Positions 52,871 through 62,500 of a stretch of 64,000 nt of DNA are shown piece by piece. The notes below the pieces were generated by a model. That model did no database searches. It saw nothing but the letters and a program-made list of their open reading frames with translations, and was not told the origin of the DNA. This DNA comes from Candidatus Omnitrophota bacterium (GTDB lineage Bacteria; Omnitrophota; Omnitrophia; Omnitrophales; JACROU01). The position numbers were made by a program, and so were the translations under genes. Numbering within the stretch: the first letter of the stretch is position 1; each line of letters starts with the position of its first letter. The stretch spans positions 14,612 to 78,611 of the forward strand of contig JAJDCD010000010.1 in NCBI GenBank assembly GCA_029261035.1. The letters are read 5' to 3'.

Positions 52871-53262
52871 AAACTAGGTCGACCTTACCTCGTTAATTTT
52901 ATTTTTTGCTGCTTAAGAAAATTTAAGTATTGTTCGATAATATTAAGTTCTATCGAGTTATTTCCAAAAAAACACTTCCTTTTAAACAATTACGTTTAAA
53001 AACAAATAAATTTTTCTAAATACGCCCTTTTCATTTAATCTTTTAAAAAAGTTTTTCTTAATTCATGCAACTCTTTCGAAAACAAAATGAAAATTTATAC
53101 TACATTCTTTTTTGTAAAACAACAGTCGGCAATACTTACTTATTTCTCTTAAAGGAATTATAACATACTTTTTTTAACTTTGTAAAAACTGGAGTAAATA
53201 TATCGGAATTTCTAGCAATACCTTTAATATCCCTTAAAAATAAGCCAAATAAGCTAAATTAT

Positions 53263-53300
53263 TGTGGATAAATAACTTACATCCACCTCCTTGTGGATAA
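53263..53300 (-). promoter_or_regulatory. Two perfect DnaA boxes (TTATCCACA)
   Basis: tgtggataa at 53263-53271 and 53292-53300, both within ttgtggataaat, beside a ~400-bp AT-rich tract. Confidence 0.6.
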
Positions 53301-53356
53301 ATCAACTCAAATAACCCTAACCTATTTCCCTATATAAACTTAAAGCACCCCCATTC

Positions 53357-53475
53357 GGGCACGGGCCCTATTTAGGCCCGGGCCTAAATAGGGCTGTAAT
53401 CAATAAACTTTTGAAATTAAAAGAGTTAAAAAATCCCACCTTCCAACCCGGAAACCCTCAAACAGGCCCGGGCCT
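53357..53475. repeat. AGGCCCGGGCCT palindrome family, including a perfect 30-bp palindrome
   Basis: gccctatttaggcccgggcctaaatagggc (53365-53394); core again at 53464-53475; variant gggcacgggccc at 53357-53368. Confidence 0.88.
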
Positions 53476-53536
53476 AAAAAACGTGTCACAATGATACATT
53501 TAGTTATTTGAGATAAGCTTATTTTGAGGTGCTTTT

Positions 53537-53567
53537 GGGACAGTCCCTTAGACTGTCCCTTTAGACT
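53537..53567. repeat. GGGACAGTCCC-family hairpin just after the stop of the second giant gene
   Basis: gggacagtc-cctta-gactgtccc (9-bp stem) with near-tandem gtccctt(t)agact x2. Confidence 0.8.
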
Positions 53568-56500
53568 ATGCTGCGATTTGGACGGCTTGTTTGGCTCTGA
53601 GGCGCTCTAGGAGGTATTCTGCTAGAGCTACGATTGAGTTGTAATCCATGACGACATATCCTTCTGAGACTTGCATATCGACTGGGTATTGCTGTGCGAA
53701 GCTCTTGATGGAGCTCAACCCCCCATTACGAGAGACGAAACGACCTGCTTCGAGCATGAATTTGTGAACTAATTGTCTATTAGCTTGGCTCATACGAGGC
53801 TCATTCTCACCGTTATATAAGAGTGTAACAACCTTTGGTGATATCTCCTCTTTACTGACATAGATAATATTAGATGGTTTAGCTCCATCCTCTACCAAAC
53901 CAGCAACGGTCTGAGTCACATCTTTCTCAGATTCTAACTGAACGGCGGCTCTTAACGTTTCTGCTTGAGGTTCGAACAATTGTCCCAACTCGGTATTGGC
54001 AAACTGCGCCATTGCTTGTTCTTTAACTTCAGGAGAAACATGAAGAATATGAACCGTGTCGGTATCTGGAGAAATTCGATCTAGAAGAACCCCAATGTCA
54101 GTTACCGAACTAGCATAGTCCGAATCGACCACAACCACGCCTTGAATATCCAATCCTGGTATTTGTCTTGCGTTAACCGCATCTACGCTTCTGCCAGTTT
54201 CAATATTTTTCATTTCATTTAAGAGTGCTGCCAGAGAAGCAAGATTCAACGTTTCTAATTGAGTTTGAGCTTGGTTATAAGCAATCCACGGAGATTGAAC
54301 ATGGCCACCCAAACGTTGAATCGATCGTTGAAGATCAGCAACATTTTCTGCAACTAAACCACGAACCGCAAAGAGTGCTGAAGCATTTTCAAAATTATTC
54401 GCAGGAATCTCTTCTGCCAATTCTTTAACGACTTCTTTTTCTCTATTGCTAAAGATTGGATCTAATCCACTTGCTCGACGACGAATATCAATTGCTTTCA
54501 TCACTCGATATTGAGATTGATACGCAAACGATTCATCCAAAGCAATTTGGCGGAACACATCTAAGTTTTGAGAAAGCTCCTTAAATGAAACGTTATCGAT
54601 ATTATCAATATGAGTTGCTTCATGAACTAAGGTTGCAACCAATTCTGCAAAAGCACGGTCGCGGGCTACACCTTCTAGGTCTCTAATTTGTTGAATACGT
54701 GTTTCACTCACAACAATCGTTCGATCTGAAAGTCGTGCATAAGCCACAATACCTCCTTGGAACAAACTGTCATCCAAAGGATTGCCAACAACAATACGAT
54801 TTACTTTCTCAATTGCTGTTTTAAAGCGGCTATCTAACTGAATCCCTAATCCCAAAGCTTCCCCTAAAACCTCCAAGTATTCTGGAACCACTTGAAGACG
54901 GTCTGCTTGAGCTGCACCTAAGCTTTGCGCAGAAACCATAGAGATAGAATCTAATAAAGAGGACTCTTTAGATTCAAATAGGACTTGTTGTCCTAAGCTA
55001 TCCGCTTCTGCTTCATACTCTTCTGCTTGTCCTCTATAAATAGAAGCCTGAGCATCCCATTCGGTTCGTTCTATTTCATCTTCTGCAAATTCATCTCGAA
55101 GGCGTTCATATGTTTCTGCTAGAACTGTATAAATTTTAGAACGCAACACGTCGATTTCATCATCCTGAAATCCAGGAATAAAATCTAAAGCTGCTTCGAT
55201 AAGCTTGCTAGCCTCTTCATAATCTTCAACACCTTCAACGATTGTTTCTTTTTGATTTTGAGCAACCAAAGCAGCTGCTCCTGACTGTATTTGTTTAGCC
55301 GCATCCACATACCACGCAACTACGGTATTCACATCTGGTTTTTTAACTTCTTTGAGCCAAAATTTCAAACCTTCTTCAAATCGATTTTGAGCCGATTGAA
55401 TTTCGTCAACAGCATCTTCCCAATCTCCATTTTTAGCATGCATATTCGCATCCGTTATATGCTGTACCATTGCATCCGCAGTCTGTGTGGCCATATTCAC
55501 AATTTCTTCAACAGCTTCCGGTGTCACCTCTTCATTCACCCACTGAGCTTTAGTAAAACCTACCTGTGCTGCTTGTGTCATTTTTTGAATTTGCTCTTCA
55601 TTACCACCCGCTCTTTCTAACATCAATGTCTTTACTGTTTCATTTCTGGCAATATCGACAAAGTAGCGGGACAATGCTGGTGGCAAGACTCCTTTTCTAT
55701 CAAAATGGATCGCTTGTTCGTAATCAGCATCTACCCTCTTAGCAATCTCTTTTGTTTTTGTCGCAGTGATAGACAATTCAATTCTGGCTAAATACATCTC
55801 TTTAATCGAATCTGCCAATTCTGATTGGTTCAATTCTGGGTCTAACTCCTGAGCCTCTTCCAAAACTTCCATATGTTTGTTTAATTCCTCAAGAGAAACA
55901 TTATCCGATTGGATCATTTGGTTAAAACTATTCACAGCTGTTTGTGCTAATTCCAGTGCCACAAACTGATCTAAAGAACCAGGAAGAGCTTCTTTAGAAT
56001 CAAATGCTTTAGCTTGACTGTAATAATCTTGAGCTTGTTTCTCAATCCTATTTCTTTTCATCATACGAATTCGATTCGTTTGATTTTTTTGATTTCTAGC
56101 TTTCATCGCCAAAGCACTAAACCAATCACGAATAAATGCTGAGGACTCTCCTTCACTTAAGTTAGAATTAATTTTTGTAGCCTCTTCGATTTGTTCATTA
56201 ATTCCGTCAACAATAGAACCCTCTGAGCCAGCAATCAAATCTCGTATACTCATTTGATCTACTTGCATATCAATAAATTGATCTGCCATTGCTCCCAATT
56301 GGGCAAATCTAGGATCACTCTTCATCTTATCTTTCTCAGGCTGCCTTAATTTTTGATCCAATTTCTGAATCATAGTATCAGCAAACGATGGGTCAATTGT
56401 TTGGATACGACTGTAAGCATCTTGTGCTAAAGTTTCGTTTCCTTGTTTAGAAGCCATTCGAGCTAAAGTTAAGTTCACTTGAACCCATTCTGTTTGAATA

Positions 56501-59500
56501 TCTTCTTTTTGAGATTCATCCAAACGAACCGCTTCTTCAAATAAGCTGTGCGCTTTTTGATAAGTCTCAATTGATTCATTCTGTTTCTTTTTCTGAGACT
56601 GTAATTCTTGCGCTGTAAGCACGAGAGCTCTAGCTTCTTCAATATTTCTCAATGCAATTAAAGCTTCCATGGTTTCAGGCACCTGCACACGATTCGCAGC
56701 TTCCGCTTGTTGCTTCCAATCATTAAACAAGTCTCTCGCTGCAGCTTCATCTACTTGGTATTGCTGTTTAATTTGATCTTCTAATCGTTGAAGATTACGT
56801 TTTGTTTCCAAACGGGCTTCTAAAAGCTCTGGAGAGAAATCTTGTCCCGGCCATCCAGCTACCGTAACGGTATCCCGAACCAAATCAGCAATCACCGTAA
56901 AACCAAAACGATCAAAAATATCTCGAACTGCTTTTTGGTCTTCATCCGTGCGAAGCGCTTTTGCAATTAAGCTTTCACCCTTGGTTACAACCGACGGATC
57001 ATTATCAATTGTGTTTTGACTGACATAAGCCAACAACTCTTCCACAACCTGTTTTTCGGTGTAGCCGGACTGGATCAATTGCTTCTTCGCTTCCTCATAT
57101 CCATTCAACTCTTTCACTAACTCATCAATTTCAGTTCTTTCTTCTTCCGTTAAATTTGTAAAGTAATGCGCATGATTCAATTCGTGAACAATATTTTTAC
57201 GAGCCATCTTTAATTTATTCATCATGCCCTTGTTCTCATTTACGTTCATCTCATCACTCAATGCATCTGAGAATGAAATAAATCCATAACCATCATTCGC
57301 AGCAAAAAGATCCATTACCATTTTTGAACCATCGATAATTTTTTCAGCTACAATTTCTTTTGCTTTTTGAATCGATTGATCATAAGTTAAAGACGTATCT
57401 TTAACACGTTCAATAGTCGCAATTTTTTGAAGCATTTCTTTCAGCTTAGCATCCTTATCTTCATTCAATCGAGAGGCTAATTCTTGAATGGTTACATTAG
57501 ATGCTAAATCACGATAGCCGAAACGTCCTTCATCTCCATCGAGCTCTCTCTTGTTCACAAAGAATCCTAGAGCCGCTTCCACACCAAATTCCCATTGGTC
57601 GCCTATATATAACTGTGTATAGACCAATTTTTCATACATTTCTGGTTGAGCTTCTCTATCGATACGAACAGAACTCTTCAAGAAATTACCTAAGCTTTGT
57701 TTGAGGCCTCCTGTAAATAAAGAATCCCCTGTACTGCCTGCTTCTTGCATTTCTGCAAGGTAGAACAACTGAGCTCGACGCAATACTTTAGCTTGAACAT
57801 TTCCTTGAGCATCACTTACGAAATAATAATAATCTCCACCTTTCGCAATGCGTTCTCTCCAAAAACTAGGTTCCTCTTCCGTTGCCGCTGTTTTAGCTTC
57901 AAAGAAATCTTTTTCTTGTTGTGTTAATTCAGAAAGATTCACTTCCTGAATTCCTCCGAGAGAACCTCTTAATTCCGTCATTACGAGCATACGATGAATA
58001 TCCGCTTCATTCACTGTTTCTTTAAACTGCTCTACCAACTCAGCCTCATCCAATATCTCTCCAGGCTTCCGCGTCGCTTGCTGTTGTATATAAGCTTCTC
58101 TTCTTTGTTGCGTACGCGCTTCGCTGGCCAATACGTTAATAGAATTAGCCGTTTTTTCATTAAATTGAGTTCGGTATCGATTAAAAGATTGAACTATGGT
58201 TACCACTTCATCCAATATCTCATCTCGTAACGTTCTTGGTTTGGACTGAATTCGGTTAATCAATTGTCCGAGCCAATCAAAACCTCTAAGAGAGTTCACC
58301 GCAGCTTCAATTAAGTCATCACTTCTTTCCAAATCAAGACCTAGTTCATTCGCTTTTGCACGAACCAATTTTACATTCACATCAAAAGCCGCTGGGTTTT
58401 CTTCGATCACAACCGCAGCATTTTCTGCGTCTTTAAGAATCTGCAACTTCTCTTGCTTCTCTTCAACACCTTCTAATGCAGCCATAATCTCAAAGAGTCT
58501 CAACTGTCTTGATGTTGCTTCTCCACGACGAATTTTTTCTCTAATTTCTTGAGAAGTTTCTATAAATTCATCGTTGTTGATCAAGCGAATTAAATTTCCA
58601 AGTTCTGCTGCTGTAATTGGATTTTCTCGAACTCGACTTTGAAGCAGCTGATCAAAAATAGCCGTCTTAGCGCTCATCAAACTACTCGCCCGATCCACAA
58701 AATGGAATTGGTAATATTCTTCATCCAAAAGTTTATTGATAAGTTTATGGACTGAATTCATATCCATGTCCCCACCAAAATTTCTTTTATTCACAATTTC
58801 AAAGGCAATAGCACCGGCATTGTTACGAGCCACCCCTTGTTTTCCAGCTTTAGAACGAGTGTAATGGGCAAAGGTTTCTTTCCAGTCAATCCACTCATCC
58901 TTACCCATTGCTTTGAGTTTCAGTTTAAGATTTCGAATGTAAGTTTTATCAAACCCAAAACCCAACAAGACACGGTTGCGTTTCACAAACTGAATAGCCG
59001 TATCCAATATTTGATAATCTGTGGATTTAATTTCTTGAATCAGTGTTTTTACTTCATCTGTTGCTCCCGAAAGAAAACGTCGATCATAAGCAGCTTTTAA
59101 ATTTTGAATCTGGCTCTGAAGCACCGCCTTTTTAGCAGCATCTGCTTCTGATTGTAAACGCGCTTCTTTTTTCAAGATCGTCATCCAATCTAAAATCATC
59201 GCTTCTTCTAGGGTATCGTTTTCTGCGATACGTTTTCCAACAACGACACGATCCGAATCCTTAGCATCTTTTTCTAACTTGCCTAATGCATCAAATAACG
59301 TTAAATCTTGTCCTGGTCGAGAGTGACCCAAAACTTCTTCCGCAATATCCCCTTCCATTGAAGAAACGAGTACTTCGTTTACAAAATCTTCTCCAAATGC
59401 TTTTTTGAGATAAGCCAAACGTTCTAAGTAGTGAGAAAACACACGAACCTTTCTCTTACGTCCTTCTCCGGTAATACTACTCGTATCCCGACCTTCCCCT

Positions 59501-62500
59501 ACCTTCGTGGCTACTAAGAGCAATTCGAATTGAGAAACAATTCCTTTTCTCTCTAAGACATCTAAGAAGTTTTCATTAATCTCTTTGTCATAATCCGCAT
59601 CCTTAAGCTGTAACAACGAGTTTAATCCATCCATCACATCCGTAATACGACTGGATTCAAATTGAGAACGATATTGTCTTAAACCTTGAAAGGCATATCC
59701 TTCATTAAAAGCTAAAAGAATAGCTTCTTGAATTTTTATTAAATTCATCTTATCTTTCTTGCTAAGATCTCCAGATGCTTTTCTAACTTGCTGCTTTTCA
59801 CCATCAACCTCAATTTCTTTCATCAATAATTCTGTTAATGCCTTACGCATACTTCGTTCATCTCTAACAGAAATATTTAAGTTAATCGCTTTTGCGTTTG
59901 CTTCTTCCGTATACTGAGTATTAATACGACGATATTTATCCCAAATAAATTTAAGGTCAGGATCTCCCAATAATACCTGTTGATTATGCTTTCCTTTTTC
60001 GGAACCATCAAAAGCAAAGATTAAGTTGTCATCTGTACTGCTCGTGGCTTGTAATTTTGACTGCAATTTCCCACCTGTTAATTCACGTGTTAAAGCTAAT
60101 TCCTTATCCAATATAGCTAAATACTTCGGATCTAAATCAATGGCATCATCAAAAAAGATACGCGCTTGTTTTAAATCAAATTCTGCAGAATCCGGAACCG
60201 CACGGTACTTACCAAGGTAAAGCAATCCTTGCAATGCTTTAAGTTGAGCCATGAAGGTTCGATTTAAACCCTTAAGTTCTTTCTCTGTTTCTAAAAGCTT
60301 AATCGCTGTAACCAAACGCTGCGTTGCTTTCTCGTAAGTTAAATACGCTTCTTTCCTTAAATTTAGAGACTCTTCTTCGTTGTCCGTTAACTCAGCAGAG
60401 TCTAATAAATATTCTGCTTTTGCTTTCATGACGTCGACACGGCGTTTCATTTCTAAAACTCCGGCTGTCAAACGTTCTTGTTTGAGATCTCGACCCCTCA
60501 CAAGAGCTTCTTGATGAAGCTGCTGAAGAATATTGTTTAGTGTCACACTCTCTCCAGAAACAAGCTCAATACCCACACGGTTAGCCATCTGAGTAAAAAC
60601 GCTATAATCGTTTAACAAAATAGCGTCCATCACGTCAAGAAAACGTACTTGAGTCTGAAGTCCAAAAACCTGGATCAAAGCTTCAATTTCTTTATAACGT
60701 TGGTATAGTTTTTCTTTCTCTTCTTTTCGTGTTTCATCTAAATTAAATAAATCATTAATTTTCCGAACTCGTTCACTCTCACGCGGACTGAGATCAGAAG
60801 ATTTCGAGCCCGAAAGATTTAACACTGCTGTAATCAATCCATCAACCGTATCTAAGAAGTTTTCTTCCATCATACCCTGAACCTTAGACACCGTTGCATC
60901 AACATCATTCGATAGCTGATCTAACACAATCGCTTGATTAATTTTCAATTCTTTATACTCAGTAGCCCCCTCAAGTTCTAATCCTTGCATCCATTCTTCA
61001 AAACTTTCAAGACGATTTAACTGTTCTTGATCAAGTCGTGAATCAATCAATCCATATATGTTGATATTTAAAGCATCCAAGTCAAAACCCTGATTATTGA
61101 GTCGTTTTTTCATTTCTTCTACAAAACGGATACTCAACAATTGATGTTTTGGATACTTTTTAGCAAAGTATGTTTCTAAGTATTTATCTAAGGTATGTTC
61201 TTGTTCTCTAACACCCATTTGCTTTAACTTCGCTTTATACTCTTCATTAATCCACTTATGCAGTTGGAATACAGCAGCACTGCGTTGATCTACACGAGCT
61301 AAAGTTCGAATAAAACTATTCTTAGCCTGATCTTTTTTGTTTTTATTCTTCACTGCTGTGACATAAGCAGGGAGTTCTAACTCTATTTTCTTCTGAGTCG
61401 TGTCAATACGAGATCGCCCCTCATCCTGTAACGTTAATATAATTTCTTTTGTTCTTAGATTAGCCACATCCACACCATAACCACTCTGAGGCGTACCAGA
61501 AACCAGAGTAACCAGATATTCCAAACCATCAATCGTTACTTTTTCGCCATCTTTTATTTTATTCCCTTCAAACGTAAGGTCACCCTCAGCATTAATATCA
61601 AACTCCACAGTTTCTTTGACAGGGTTTGGTGTGTTTACTTCCACTTTTCTCTTTTCATTCACAACGACGTCTGTAGCTGTAACTACTTCTGTCTTTAAGA
61701 GAACGTTTCCTGTTTCCTTATCCAATTCAAATCTCATTTTCTGACCGGCAATGGTGACATCCGTACCTTCAGCAAGACGACGAGCCATATAAGTCATAGG
61801 ATTAATCAAGGTCGTCGCTCCACTTAACACAGCTCCAAGACCTGCTCCAAAACGAGTAGTGTTCTTCCACTTTTTCCATATTTGTTTTGCTGATGCCGTA
61901 GCTTCACCAATCACAGAACCTTCTCTTAAACCAAAGATGGCAGGGCGATACAAATACCCACCCTCTTTTTTGTCTTGTTTCACTGTAATTTTAGGTGTTT
62001 TATCTGCTTTTTCTGTAGAACGTCTAGCGGCAATCAATAATTTCGCATGCAGCTCATTTAGCGCTTTTTGATTTGGTTTTCCTTGAAGATAAGCAGCAAC
62101 CGCATCCATCAAGGCAATACGTGTTGGAGCATCTTCAATTTTTTGTAAGGATGACTTCAAGGTTCTGAGCACTTCATTTTCGCTCACAACACCTAAACGA
62201 TAGATAAAAGAAGCGGAGTCACTTCGAGTCAGCGATTTATCAAAAACGGTATCCTCCGTCCAAGATTCTAGATAAGCAAACGAAATTGGAATGAACGAAA
62301 GCATACGGTTTACTATCAATCGAGGCCATTTTGTCAAACTCTTCCATAGAGAGCTATCCCCTTCGGCCATTCTCCAAAGAGCTTCTAAACGACCTTCTGC
62401 ATTTTGAGTTTGTAATTCATACTCACGAAGCAAATTATTTCTCTTCAAATAAGTATGGAATTGTTGCCAACCAGCCAATACCTTCAGCTTTGCTGTACCA

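Noticed and set aside
4274-52870. NRPS/PKS or RTX/Ig-repeat adhesin as explanation for the gene size
   Set aside because: No adenylation, ketosynthase, carrier-protein, GGxGxD or Ig-like tandem repeat motifs recognised; the protein is largely non-repetitive and helical.
52876-52885. 10-bp palindrome AGGTCGACCT near the giant gene's start codon
   Set aside because: Too short to distinguish from chance, although it overlaps the likely RBS region.
394-53567. CRISPR array from the GC-rich palindromic repeats
   Set aside because: Copies are dispersed singly or in pairs with no regular repeat-spacer period and no cas genes.
22045-58000. Other SLG tripeptides (KSSLG, RVSLG, HYSLG, RGSLG, KQSLG)
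   Set aside because: Lack A/G two residues before the Ser and mostly lie within apparent domains; not counted in the junction motif.
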